Positions 42,422-55,939 are shown, counted from the first letter of the stretch. The stretch is DNA of 64,000 nt from Octopus vulgaris (GCA_951406725.2 OX597824.1:6262001-6326000), one strand, 5' to 3'. Program-made: numbers and translations. Notes: generated by a model from the sequence alone, not told the origin.

Positions 42422-43714
42422 CATGTTTGTTTGTGGGGTTTTTCTTTTTTGCTTTGACACGTAACTCTTCCATATTGTGTTTATTTTATTTATCATCAAA
42501 TGGTAACAGCAAATGAAAGCCTTGAGTACGTCTAGATTCGATCTCTGGATTCGATCTCCGGATGATGGAGCTAAGTCCTACAATCCTCCTTTTAATCAGT
42601 ATACTCCTTTCTGCACTAGCTCACTTCTTTCTCGCCTACTAAACTATTACCAACATATTCTAAACGATTACTCATGCATTAAGTTTCTAATATCTAAAGC
42701 AAACTTCAAAGAGAAAACATCCAAGAGATTTCATATCACTTGTAATATATGAAGTAATTTTTCTGTATAAACATTCTTGTTATGTTGTAGCTCTGTAAAT
42801 ATTCTCTATCATCATAGGAACATTTGATAAGACCCCCCTCTCCACTAGAGGTTATTGCAACCTTTAGAAACTCATCTATGTAATGCATGCCTATTTAACT
42901 ATCTAATTTCTCACTGGGAAAACTCGACAAATTTAATATAAGTACTTTGTACAGGATATATAAATATTTCTCAAGATATTCTAGATCTGTCAGTTTTGAT
43001 ACAAACTAAAATGCTAAAATTATCCATTTCTCTTTTAATATAAACTAAGATTGAGGAGTAATGCGTGCAACGTCTACCGGTTATCGACGTAATGGTCTGC
43101 AGCTTGTATCCAGCCACCAAATGTGAGTTGTGTCTGAGGGAATCAAGAGACTTCAGTCTGAACGTTCGAATCCTCTGATCGAATAAACCAAAGTTCTTTG
43201 AAGACAAATTACCTACGGCATGTTAATCATGTACTTCAGTTGAGGTGCACAGTTTATCAAGAACTGCATAAGCCAACGTGATTCTCACTTTTAAAGGCGG
43301 CTGTTAATATTTGATGAGATACTTGTTATTTATTTTTAGTAGATCGAAAGGCCACTTGAAGGCTCGTATACTTTGCAGAACATACAATTCCAAACGTCGA
43401 TGTTTCGATCTCGAATCCACCCAAAATCATGTCTCCTTTTCATCTCTGGAAAATCTAATTCATAATTCTAAATTTGCACCACTGATAAACAAAAAATGTC
43501 GAAACTAGTTTGGTATATATGTAAATAAATTTATTTTAGGCAATTACAAGTTTTTCCAATGTGGGTGCATTTTCAACAACAAATTTGCCTATATATATGT
43601 ATAATACAATTGTTCGTTTGTTTTCCACCTGCCTTCGTCTTTTGTTTATTTTCATAAAGCTTCCCGTTATATATATATATATATATATATAGTAGAAGAA
43701 TAAAGAGAAAGTAC

Positions 43715-43897
43715 GGCTTCTTTGGGGGGATGTTTTTATTTTAATCTTACAAATAATGTTTACAGTGAGTTACTCTGATATGCGTTTCGAGCTTTACGTA
43801 GCCAAACGGATTCTTGAAGCTCGAAAGTCTTATCAGAGAAGCTCACTATAAACATTATTTGTAAGATTAAGTTAAAATTATCCCATCAAAAAAGCCA
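43715..43897. repeat. Imperfect palindrome of PLE-like ends with two HHR 3' halves
   Basis: Arms 43741-43794 and 43817-43870; each reads agctc-GAAA-nnnn-TA-tcagag outward. Confidence 0.7.
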
Positions 43898-43958
43898 TCT
43901 CTACTAATTCTTTCAAATATATAAAGATATAGATATATATATATATATATCTGTATAC

Positions 43959-44190
43959 GTAATATGTGACAATTATTTGGTAGCCATGATAAAACTCCGA
44001 GTTTCGGATGCCGAGGTGGAAATCCACGCCGCCATCTCTTCAGTTATCCGGCTATCGGAAAAATACTATCTCTTTCCACCTCGGCATCCGAAACTCAGAG
44101 TTTTATCGTGGCTACCGAATAATTGCCACATATTACATTTACAGATAAATTCCTCTATTTACATAATATCGAGGTCTCTTTCATTCTTTT
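43959..44190 (-). ncRNA. Type I hammerhead ribozyme with intact core (43981-44054) inside a palindrome with 64-bp arms
   Basis: Minus strand tagcc-g-gataa CTGAAGA gatg...gtgga-tt-tccac...catc-c GAAA ctc-g-gag TT ttatc-at-ggcta; arms at 43959-44022 and 44073-44136. Confidence 0.8.
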
Positions 44191-44212
44191 GCTGTTTTAC
44201 CATTTATATATG

Positions 44213-44602
44213 TAGTAAGTAGTTTGTTTACCAACCACATGGTTCCGGGTTCAGTCCCACTGCGTGGCACCTTGGGCGAGTGTCTTCTACTATAGTCCCG
44301 AGCCGACCAAAGCCTTGTGAGTGGATTTGGTAGACGGAAACTGAAAGAAGCCCGTCGTATATATGTATATATATATGTATATATACGTGTGTGTGTTTGT
44401 GTGTCTGTGTTTGTCCCCCTAGCATTGCTTGACAACCGATGCTGGTGTGTTTATGTCCCCGTTACTTAGCGGTTCGGCAAAAGAGACCGGTAGAATAAGT
44501 ACTGGGCTTACAAAAGAATAAGTCCCGGGGTCGAGTTGCTCGATTAAAGGCGGTGCTCCAGCATGGCCGCAGTCAAATGACTGAAACAAGTAAAAGAGTA
44601 AA
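44213..44602 (+). mobile_element. SINE family B, slightly 5'-truncated
   Basis: Matches the family B body and tail. Confidence 0.9.
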
Positions 44603-44604
44603 AC

Positions 44605-44662
<58 letters not shown>

Positions 44663-45354
44663 CTCCAAAATTTCAACTCATGTGGAGGTGCCTCAAAATG
44701 TTAAATATGTCTAGCTTCCACCAACTGCTTTGAGTGCTGCATTCTTACGTTTATAAAATTAATTAAATAATAACTAATCATAATCAATCATTTCGTACTA
44801 AATCAAATAAAAAATCAATTTAAAAGATAAAAACCAACCTGGTTTTCACCGTTTTGAACTCAGATTATGTAAAATTTTAAAAATCGGACAGATTTACCTA
44901 ATAAAGCCTCTTCACCTTAAGGTCCTGTGTGCATATATGTGTGTGCGCACACGTTTGTGTATATGTGAGTCTGTGTATGTATCTGTATGCATTGATATCT
45001 GTATATTCATTTGTGTCTGTATTCGTCAAAACGCGTAATTTACCAATTTAACGCACATAGAACACTAAAATGGTTGTCAGCCATAGAGTCGGAATGATCG
45101 ACTACAAGCTTTAACTGTAGACTGAGCTCCAGCATGACCGCTGTCCAGTGACTGAAACCAATAAAATAACCATCGATCTACAGATCCTATGTCCAGTGCA
45201 CTTCACGATTAATAATAAGTTGAACGAAGAAGAATTTGGATGAGAAATTTGTAGAAAATTCTGTTTCACATTAAGAAATTACAAGAAATTTTGCTTTACA
45301 TTTTAGTTTCTTTTCCATTGTTGCAGTAGACATACATTAAGATGCTGTGTCAGG

Positions 45355-46330
45355 AATGATATCATCGTTTCAAATTGGTAAGAAACATCGAAGACGATCC
45401 AAAATCCGGACGATCAACCCAAAACACCGGGCAATGATTACATAGTGAATGTGCAATCGTGCTGTGATGCGTGAAAATCTCGTCAGGTTTTCTATAAAAT
45501 TTCTAAAGAAATAAACGAATCGCGAAGGTTTGTGTTTGTGCCACATGATTTTTTTAGGAAGACGTAAAACGCGCTGCTGCCAATTTCTTGCCGCATCTGC
45601 TAAGACAAGCAATAAAAGAACCGCATCACAATAAATTAGGAACTGTTCGATGGAATACTAAGGAAAACGTTTTCAGATATGGCATGGATGGATGGATGGA
45701 AGCACTCCGTCGGTTACGACGACGAGGGTTCCGGTTGAGCCGAATCAACGGAACAGCCTGCTCGTGAAATTAACGTGTAAGTGGCTGAGCACTCCACAGA
45801 CACGTGTACCCTTAACGTAGTTCTCGGGCATATTCAGCGTGACACAGAGAGTGACAAGGCCGGCCCTTTGAAATACAGGTACAACAGAAACAGGAAGTAA
45901 GAGTAAGAGAAAGTTGTGGTGAAAGAGTACAGCAGGGATCACCACCATCCCCTGCCGGAGCCTCGTGGAGCTTTAGGTGTTTTCGCTCAATAAACACTCA
46001 CAACGCCCGGTCTGGGAATCGAAACCGCGATCCTACGACCGTGAGTCCGCTGCCCTAACCACTGGGCCATTGCGCCTCCAGATATGGCATAATCAATGAT
46101 GAAATGCAGATGAATGACTCCGAAGTTGAAACGACAAAACGGTCGTCGTAGTGACTCAAAGAGTGAGAGTCAAATTCGCTCAATGGATGAGATGCTTGTC
46201 ATCTTTTTCTTATCATCAAGGTATTGCTTATCATGAGTTTGCTTCACGTATTCAGACACTCAGTTAAATATTTTACTTTGGTTAGCCTAACGGGATTGAG
46301 AGAGATGGTGTAAAGGAAGTATCTTTGTGC
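45355..46330 (+). pseudogene. Decayed mariner transposase interrupted by SINE C; possible C-terminus at 47400-47520
   Basis: IEDDPKSGR, IINDE..MNDSEVETTKRSS, MLVIFF..QG...HEF; FHLFP..MKFKGRSFNTFIEIESESQKVL near 47417. Confidence 0.6.
45686..46079 (-). mobile_element. tRNA-derived SINE family C, full length, (ATCC)n tail
   Basis: Head ggaggcgcaatggcccagtggttagggcagcgg...ggtttcgattccc; 11-bp TSD agatatggcat at 45675-45685 and 46080-46090. Confidence 0.9.
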
Positions 46331-46473
46331 CATGGACAGTGCAAATTCTAGGAAATTAGCATGTTTAGAATAAAGGGAAGTTTGATATAATGTGTGTTAA
46401 ATTTATTCTTGCTATCAAAAACTTCAAATTCGTTCGTACTAATAGTTAGTATTTCTCTTACTATTAGTTAATA

Positions 46474-46756
46474 CTAGCAGTATCGCCCGGCGTTGCTCGG
46501 GTTTATAAGGGAAATAACTATATAAGCATTTTTAGAGAATTACCTCCCTTATATAATAGCAAAAAGGTGCATTAAAAATGGGAAAAAATCGTAGACTCAT
46601 CGTAGACGCGCGCTAATACCCAGAAGGGCTCGATATGAATCACGCTTTTGGTTAAATACCCGCTTTTGGTTAAACTGCACCGCAAAATGTGGGAGTAGTT
46701 AGGAATCTAAATCGTAGGAGACAGACAGCACACAACCTTACTTTTATATATAAAGA
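46474..46756 (-). mobile_element. Non-autonomous Helitron, 283 bp
   Basis: Minus strand A|TCtttatatataaaag...cccgagcaacgccgggcgatactgCTAG|T; canonical termini and no TSD. Confidence 0.9.
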
Positions 46757-48060
46757 TTTGTAGAGATCGCGAAACGAGTTTGTGAAAGTAGTTTTTAGTG
46801 TTGAAGTAGTTCCAACTCCAGAGACGAGAATACTGCCGGATTTCGATTTGATAAACAACTGAAGTGGATAATTTCTTTTTTATGTCTTCCCGTGTGACGT
46901 CAATGCTATTCCCACTTCTTTATGGCCTTTCGAGACAGTATTGAAAAAAATATTGTTAAGCTTTAAAAAATCAACATTTTCATTACATACTTTCAGCTGA
47001 TTCTTTACTTGAGATATTTACTAAATCTTCAGTCATATGTTCGATAATGGCCCCTTAACCTAATATCATTTCAGACGGTATATTCATTAGATTGGCTTTC
47101 AATCGTCATTCCTTTATCAGTTTATTGTGTCCATAGTTACGTAGATGACTATTAAATTCTTCTTGCCCTCTGATCCTTGTACTTACCAATAGAAGCATAA
47201 GTACCGTGCAAACGCTCTAAAAGTAAAAAGAAAATGCAAAGAAAAGTCGTGCCAGGAAAGATCGTTGTGATGCAGAATAGAAATATAAACGGCACAGAAC
47301 AGATGAGAATAGAAGATGCGATAGATCATCCAGCCATCTCAAGCAAGTAACAAAAAAGCGGTACTTGAGTTTGAACAACGGATAGCAACCAAACTGACAG
47401 CAAAGTTTTCTGCGTATTTCCATCTCTTCCCCAAAAGAGAAATGAAGTTCAAAGGTCGCAGTTTTAATACCTTTATCGAAATCGAGAGCGAATCACAGAA
47501 GGTTCTTCATTTGCTTACCCCGCTTATCTGCGCCAGTCTGAAGTGATTTTTTCTATATTTATTACAAAATTAGCGAAGGATATGTAAAAATATTATAACC
47601 CTCTAGATTTTTTTATCACTTTCGTTGAGGGTGAAACATGTTATAAGTGGTGCCTTTTCCTTTTGAGATTAGCTTTATATCGCATCTCTTTCATGGAAAT
47701 ACGCCGATTGTGGCCAATGCAAATCTTTGGAATGTGTGATTTATCATGCATTATGCGTTCCGATATGTGACACATAACTTCTAGAGTGCTACCACATAGA
47801 ATAACAACATGGCATTAATTTCTTCGTGAAATCATACACAAATTGATTTATCTAAGTTAAGCTGCATACAGCCATAACCTTTGTACACATGTACACTCGA
47901 CAAATGTGACGTCGAGCAGATTTCTACACGAACCTGACCTGGAAATTTTAGTGTATGAGACTACATATGAATTATCTAGTATTTGTTACCTGGGCTGATG
48001 TTCATGGTTTGTATCGGGACAAAGAATTATCATTAAGGGTAATTGTAGTATCCTTTGGAG

Positions 48061-48560
48061 AGGGAGCATAGCCTAGAGGTTTAGGAGCTGCACACGCGAC
48101 CGCGAGGTCGTGGTTTAAATATCTATTTCTTTACTACCCACGAGGAGCTAAACACAGAGGGGACAAACAAGGACGGACAAACGGATTAAGTCGATTACAT
48201 CGACCCCAGTGCGTAACTGGTACTAATTAATCGACCCTGAAAGGATGAAAAGCAAAGTCGACCTCGGCGGAATTTGAACTCAGAATGTAGCGGCAGACGA
48301 AATACCACTAAGCATTTCGCCCGGCATCCTAACAACTCTGCCAAATCGCCGCCTTAAATACCACGACCGAAAGGTGTGTCGTGTTCATGAGTAAAGCACT
48401 TCGTCTCACGCTGCTCCGCGATCACTTCGATTCCTTACGTGGGGTAGACGTACACCTGTCCAAAGTCGATTTCATGGGAAGGCGTGAGCTAATGTACAGC
48501 AAATACATTTGATCACTATAAAGAAATCATTTGCACAGGTTGTTCAGCCAGAAATTGCAG
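48061..48560 (+). mobile_element. Old tRNA-derived SINE split by a minus-strand SINE A (48122-48353)
   Basis: Head gggagcatagcctagaggtttagg...ggtttaaata resumes as ccacgaccg...gagtaaagcactt; TSD ttaaata at 48115-48121 and 48354-48360. Confidence 0.75.
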
Positions 48561-50928
48561 AACTCTCCTTCTTAGACTACGTAAGACTACCATCAAGGTT
48601 CATTGGAAATGTCCTTGTGAATTTCTTGTGAATTGGTTATAAAGATGCTGGATTCTGCTCATTGGAAGAGCCTTATATGATATAGTTTTCTACTGTATAG
48701 TAGAGTATAGACCACGTTGTTTAATTTAGTATTTCAATAAAAACAACTTCATTTGTTGTTTATGACCATTTGCGTTCAGTTTCGTACCACATGCACGCAG
48801 TTCCACAAGACTATATCAATGTGTTAAGCTTCTCTTTTTCGAAATTAAGGGATTTACAAAACTTAGCCTCGCTGTAATATCATGTGGAACAATGAGCGGT
48901 TTCAGTTCAGAAACCCTCACAATTAAAACTGGTCAGTGTGATGTAGTTTATGAGAAGCATTCTCTCATATTTCAGGCAAGTTAGCCTTGCTGGTCGTATT
49001 AATACAGAGACGAGGACAGCCGCATTTTCTTGTAATTCTCATGACAACATATTTCTTGGCGAGAGTTGGAAAGCAGCTGTATAATTAATGTTAGAAGAAT
49101 TTTCCTGACATTGCTATTAGCAATAACATTTAAGTGACCCATCATATATTGATATCGCTCTTAACTTTCATCACATGCTACAGAATTCTTAAAATGTTCG
49201 TATTATTCCTATTAGTTTTCACCTGTAATTTGAATCGACAGTCCATTTTAAAAGATTATTCTGCTGCACAGAATTAAATTGAACATTTTCTTCTTGGACC
49301 ACTGTTAGTGAGAAATTATAACAACACCTGGTTGGCATCTTTTTTTTTCCCTGCTATTTATTGTCTTTTGAGACTGGCGTCGGTTATTGGATCCAAGGTT
49401 GCTCTTCAGTTCCAAATTTATTACCAACGAATTCTCTACTTACAAATAAAAGCTGAGGTAGCTATAAAAGTAAGATCGCTTTCAGAATTTCAAAAGCTAA
49501 TAGCATTTTAATTCACTTTTGGTATATCTCCTGTCAGAATTACGGTCTCTGATTAATGTTATATTTACAGTAATCAGATGACATCATTCATTAGGTATTT
49601 AGTCTTCTTTCAATTCCGTTCTAAAAGCTTCAGCAAATACATAATGCACTCGGATAATTACATCGACATTTACCAATTTTAACTTCAGCAGACGTCGAAG
49701 AAGAAACCACATAAGAAATAACAATTGCCTGTATTGATGTCTCTTGGTAGTAAGTGTGGAGACCTCTGTTTTATATTACACTGAGGAATTACAACCGTGT
49801 TTCGTGGTCTGCTACCACAACAGCTCCTTTGTAGGATCCAGTTAGCTGAATACATCATCAGGAGGAACCACGTCCGGTTTCGGCCCCTACTCCTCTACCG
49901 TTTTGCCGTGGCGGGGCCCCCCATCCTTTCGGAGGTGTCTTCAGTTCTGGTGTTGGGTGCATGTCTTCGTTCTACTTCTTTCTTTTGTTCCCTGGCCTCT
50001 TCGATGTATCGTCAGCGAGTGTCAGCCGGTGACTGACTGAATGGCAGCCCCAGCAAGTTGTCACGTGACACTGTCTCACCCTAACTGACTAGTGAAGGCG
50101 CGTAGTTTTAGCCCGCGCATTCTCTAAACGACCGTCACCTGTCAGTCAGCGAATCTAAGGCTTTCGAGAATCCTGGATGAGAGATATTTTCAAACGAATA
50201 TGTTCCTTTGCTAAATGAGGTGTTATTACATTTTACCTGTGAAATAACAGTTGCTGAAAACTTCATTATTTAGGCTTTTACAACGACCAAATATTTTGTA
50301 TAACAAATCAAGAACATCGAATATATTCAGCCTCAGAAACATGTTTCAATATCAATTCCATTCCACTCAATAATTCATTCTATACTCTTACATTACGACT
50401 TTGTTTCTCATAGATTTCTCATAGATTTTTGCCTGAAGAGATCTTGTATTCCATTGTCCTTCTTATTGAGTTCTTCGAGATGTAATTCTTTGCATGTCCG
50501 TTCTCCTTAAATTTGCTCCTTCAGCAATTTCAATTTGCTACCCCTGAGCTCTTTCCATTGTTGATTACCCTCTTATTATATCCGTTATCTTGTGAGGCAC
50601 TGAAATATATTTGTCTATTTCTTTTCTTTTTCCCACTTAATCTTCTGAACAGTCTGATCTATGCTTTCTTATTTGTTTTCTTTACTAAACTTCTTTTCAT
50701 CTCAAGAGCAGATGCATTATTAGGTGAATTAGATGTAGAAACGCAAGCCAATATTTTTTCCTATAGTTTTCTATACACTTGGTCAAATGTGTTTATACGT
50801 AAAAACATTAAAACAACATTTTCAGATGACACGCACGATATAATAACATTAATAGGCAAACAAAATATAATTATTTCGTTTTTGGATTTGGTTTGCAAGA
50901 TTCTTTATATGAGTTCGTGTGTTGAAGC

Positions 50929-51080
50929 ATATTCTGTTGTGTCTGGAGAGAGTCATTTTCTTTTTGTGCCTTATAATATAAAAATAAATAAAAATAAGAA
51001 AAAGTGGAAATTTTACCGGTGAGTGTGTTATATTATAAAGCACAAAAAGAAAATGACTCTCCCCAGACACAACAAAATAT
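50929..51080. repeat. Inverted repeat with ~53-bp arms
   Basis: tgttgtgtctggagagagtcattttctttttgtgccttataatataa / ttatattataaagcacaaaaagaaaatgactctccccagacacaaca. Confidence 0.9.
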
Positions 51081-52509
51081 AATTATTTTTACTTCAACCC
51101 GGGTCACGTAAATTTTTTTTCTACTCCAACTTCACGTCAATTTAAGGTTAGATTTCAAAAAAATGAAATGAATTCATTGTTCAAAGAAATACATTAATGC
51201 CGAAGAGTTTATAGGCTTCATCAATTGTTCAATTTGTATATTAGATTTGTATATTATATATGTATATTATACATATATTATATATTATATTATATATGTA
51301 AATTATATTGTATATTATATTTGTATATCATAGATCGTGTATATACACAGTTATACATATGTGAATACATGTGTGCGCATGTCGTGCACGTATGATTGAA
51401 GAAAAGACATAAAGAGATAGATAGATAAATAGAGAGAGAGAGAGAGAGAGAGTGACATAGAGAATGCTTTATAAGCAATGTATGCAATCCAGAATATATT
51501 TCAGAATGGTAAATTTTATTTCAATCCTCCTGTGGCCATTTACTCTTTATTACTCGATTTGATAGCAAACAGTACATTAAATATGCAAATCAGAAATCAT
51601 AATGACTGACTACCTGGCATATCTAAGCGAGCAGAAATTATTTTAAAAAGTGAATAATATTGTTTTATCTATTGTACCTGCGTAGTCGAATGATGTTAGA
51701 CATCCCAGATGTCATGTCTGAAATTTAGTTTAAAGTCTTGATTGAGCCGTTGCACTTAAGTTAATATTTCTCAAACGAAACTGAGCTGCAGCATCCGGCT
51801 TCATAAGATAACTTTATTCATTAATTCATTTTAATATCCAATTAATTTTACGATTAGCTTTTCAAAAAGGTCCCCTTTCATTCTTGATGTAGTTATATAT
51901 ATATATATATATATATATGCGATAAACTGATGAAAGCCATTTACTTTAACGAATTCATTCTAGCATTGACGTGCAATGAAAGTGATAATTTTTGATCTAA
52001 AGAATGTCTGGCTTTATAATTTTATTACTGTGAAGAAACGTTTCCTTTTGTCGCTTCAGAACTCTACAAAATACGTCATTAAATTAAATGTATATGTATG
52101 TTTTAAATAGTTAAAATTTAATATAACAGATTCGCAGATAACGCCGGTCACTAACCGAAATTTAATAAGATAACTACGTGCCTTAGAATCCTCTTTGATA
52201 TCGTTTCTAAGAATCTTCGACGCCTAAAGTGCTAGGATAATTATAAATTAGTCAGTATAAACATTCCGGATTGTAGTTCAAAAGGTAAAAATTTTACGTA
52301 GAAATTAAGTTCCCAAATAATACTAGATACAGACTGAAATATACGTAGTTAATACAAATGTATATGGTGACTCATCTAATAATATTAGACGTACTAAACG
52401 AATTTAGAAATAATTATTACGACCACTTCAATCAGCGAGAATCAAGGCAATCGGTCCTTCGTGATTCTCGTTTTTAACAAGGTAACACGTTGTTTCTCGT
52501 TGATTTATA

Positions 52510-52732
52510 CTCTTTTACTCTTTTACTCTTTTACTTGTTTCAGTCATTTGCCTGCGGCCATGCTGGAGCACCGCCTTTAGTCGAGCAAATCGACCCCGGG
52601 ACTTATTCTTTGTAAGCCCAGTACTTATTCTATCGGTCTCTTTTGCCGAACCGCTAAGTGACGGGGACGTAAACACACCAGCATCGGCTGTCAAGCAATG
52701 CTAGAGGAACAAACACAGACACACAAACACAC

Positions 52733-52809
<77 letters not shown>

Positions 52810-52974
52810 TACGACAGGCTTCTTTCAGTTTCCGTCTACCAAATCCACTCACAAGGCATTGGTCGGCCCGAGGCTATAGCAGAAGACACTTGCCCAAGAT
52901 ACCACGCAGTGGGACTGAACCCGGAACCATGTGGTTGGTTAGCAAGCTACTTACCACACAGCCACTCCTGCGCC
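52510..52974 (-). mobile_element. SINE family B with expanded internal (TA)n
   Basis: Tail (ctctttta)3 through head ctcctgcgcc; tatac on both flanks. Confidence 0.9.
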
Positions 52975-53282
52975 TATACGTTCATGATAATTTATTCACG
53001 ACGTGACAGACATCAGCACGCATCCGCAAGTAATGATTGCTGAATTCTATAAACAAGAAGCGCCAATTTTGCTTAGTTTCATAGATCCAGGGGTAGTTTT
53101 GACTGCAGAGACAGAACGAGTTGAAAACACCAGCATCTCAACGTCTTTCTGCGTTACTGAATCGCGTTTTGATTATTACCACACATCACCTGAAAGAGAG
53201 GTGTTCTTATCCGCAGATGAAATATAAAAGCAATTAGCACATTCACGGTAATACCTGCCGGACGTGGCTGAGAAGGAATCTA

Positions 53283-53847
53283 TTGGGTTGTCCAGAAAGT
53301 TCGTGCCGATTTATGGTAGCTTACCTTTCGACTTATTTTAGAACATGGTTGAGTCCATAAGATAGGATTTGACTACACCTCCATTTAGAGCACAGTTTAA
53401 GCTATCTTTTTGTGAAAGAAGGTTTATGTTCCTATAACCTGTGTTAATTCTGTAACCTTTTAAAATGGGAGATAAGAAAGTTCCTTTTCGGCACTTGATG
53501 CTTTGGGAACCGGACAAAAATTGCTGCAACTCGGCTTGGATGTGTTACCCCATCCTCCATATTCACCAGATATTGCTCCTTCGGATTTCCACTTATTCAG
53601 GTCTCTGCAGAATAGTCTTTATGGTAAAAATTTAAATCCTTGGATGACGTAAAAAGATACCTTGATAAATTATTTGCCATAAACCCACCTCAATAATGGG
53701 AAGAGGGTATTTTCAAGTTAAAGGAAAGATGGAGACGCATTGTGCAACAAAATGGTTCATATTTGGCTGATTAAAAATGTAATGGCAAGTATTTATTGAC
53801 CTTTTTCTTTCCTTTAAAAATCGGCCCGAACTCTCCGGACAACCCAA
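53283..53847 (+). mobile_element. Internally deleted mariner with both TIRs and TA TSD
   Basis: TA-ttgggttgtccagaaagttcgtgccgattt...aaatcggcccgaactctccggacaacccaa-TA; MGDKKVPFRHLMLWE joined to QKLLQLGLDVLPHPPYSPDIAPSDFHLFRSLQN...WRRIVQQNGSYLAD*. Confidence 0.92.
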
Positions 53848-54204
53848 TAGAAGGTAGTATCAATATTCTGGATAGCTGTTTTGACTTGAATGTTCCGGCT
53901 CGAAGTCATTCATGTCCTAACCATTATAAATTCTTCTTGCCGCTGCTTAGCATTAAGTAAATGCTGAAACCGAAAGTTTCATCTGTTCAAGCTAGCACCA
54001 TCATATTCCTTAGCCTTAAACCATTCCCAATTTAAAGGGCCATGGTAAAAGACTTTACAGACATCACCGCCCAGACTTCCTACCGTCTTGTGTAATGTGT
54101 CCTTTCCTTTTTTCAGGAGTTAAGACATAATTTGAGAGAACGTTGGCTGCTATTTGTAGTTCGCCTTCGTTTATGAATATCCTGGAATAGTAAAAACAGA
54201 AAGT

Positions 54205-54258
54205 CAAGTTCCTTCGCGAGTCATGTAGAGTCATCGGGTCTGTTCCCCGCTATCCATG

Positions 54259-54313
<55 letters not shown>

Positions 54314-54349
54314 TATATATATAATACAGTATATATATATATATATACA

Positions 54350-54425
<76 letters not shown>

Positions 54426-54603
54426 CAGCTGAACGAGACGCCGATCCGTTACAGGATTGCTCATTTCTATCAGCTGAGTGAACTGAAGCAACGTGAAACG
54501 AAGTGTTTTGTTCAAGAACACAACGCATCGCCTGATCCAGGAATCGAAACAACGCTCTTACGATCATGATTCCAATACGCTAACTACTCAGCTACGCGCC
54601 TCC
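54205..54603 (-). mobile_element. tRNA-derived SINE family D with expanded internal (TA)n
   Basis: Minus head ggaggcgcgtagctgagtagttagcg...gtttcgattcctgg, then cttgaacaaaacacttc...cactcagctg. Confidence 0.75.
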
Positions 54604-55041
54604 ACATATCCTGGAGAACAGCGGAAATTGTATATTGATTTGTTAGCATATCCGATAGTCTGCGCATTGAAATGATTGAGCTGTTTAGAATTAGTAGAAA
54701 ATGTTACACAGCCTCGATCCCTGTGTGAATGCATTTCATTACAGATACGCCTCAGAGCTATTACATTTTGCTCTAGACAATGGTTTCTATACGACGATGT
54801 CCCTTCACATCAACACGCACAAAAAAAAAAGAAAAAAGACAATGAATCTAAGCTTGCTATTCACCAAGTTGTACAACAAGATATAACATTTCTCGGCTAC
54901 GGGTGAGCAAGAAGCACATTAGAATGTGAACAGAAATCAAAATTTATCTTATTTTACATTCTGATGCGATCTACGTATGTAAAGATACATTATCAAAATT
55001 TTAAATTTCATATACGCACAGTTTTAGAAATGTATATATGC

Positions 55042-55072
<31 letters not shown>

Positions 55073-55289
55073 TGTATGTATGTATGTATGTATGTATGTA
55101 TGTATGTATGTATGTGTGTGTGTGTATGTATGTATGTATGTGAGTGTGTATGTGTGTATGTATATATGTAAGTGTGTATGTATATATGTATGCATGTATG
55201 TATGTATGTATGTATATATGTATGCATGTATGTATGTGTATACGTGTGCATGTATGTATGTATATACGTATGTATATATGTATGTCTAT

Positions 55290-55333
<44 letters not shown>

Positions 55334-55734
55334 GGAGAGAGAGAGGAGAGAAAGGGAGAGATACACAGAGATACACAGAGATACACAGAGGCACGCATAC
55401 GCACGTACACACTTTCCCACTCCGTCTACACGCACATTCAAATACACACACATACACACAACCACACATTTATCGACTGCTGCTGAGTTTTCTACTGAAT
55501 TCTCATAGCCACATAAACACAAACACTAACACACACGCACACAGATCTTACCACACACACACAGTTACGACTACCAATGCATATACAAACGCTACACATA
55601 AACACGCACACACACACACACATACACACACAAATCTGACTGTCTTCACACTCTCCTGTCCCAAATATCAACTTATTCTATCTCCTTCCACTTCCGGTCA
55701 CTTTAGAAATGTAACCGCACGTGGGTTTTCCTTT

Positions 55735-55900
55735 TTTCCTTTCTCCGCAGTTTTCTCTTGCTACTCTCCGTCAAAGAGCTATGCTCGAAACGTTAAAAAT
55801 CTCTCCTTTTTTCACCGAGCGTCAAACTAACACAACTGTTGGACACGTCCTCACGTCCTCACATTCAGTTTTTCTTTTAATTTTTTCTCTGTCCGTTTTA
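55735..55900 (+). mobile_element. Degenerate PLE-terminal-like element with HHR-like motif (55764-55800)
   Basis: CCGTCAA-a-gagc-tat-gctc-GAAA-cgt-t-aaaa...gagcgtcaaactaa; related to the 16505 and 60164 copies. Confidence 0.55.
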
Positions 55901-55939
55901 TGACTTGTTTATTCGTTGATTTGATTGCATATATATGCA

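Noticed and set aside
45990-46079. tRNA-like sequences, also at 19823, 54530-54603 and the SINE A/B heads
   Set aside because: They continue into SINE bodies with tails or TSDs and give no convincing cloverleaf.
51928-51960. Isolated CTGATGA, also near 12344
   Set aside because: No stem II or appropriately placed GAAA and stem III; expected by chance.
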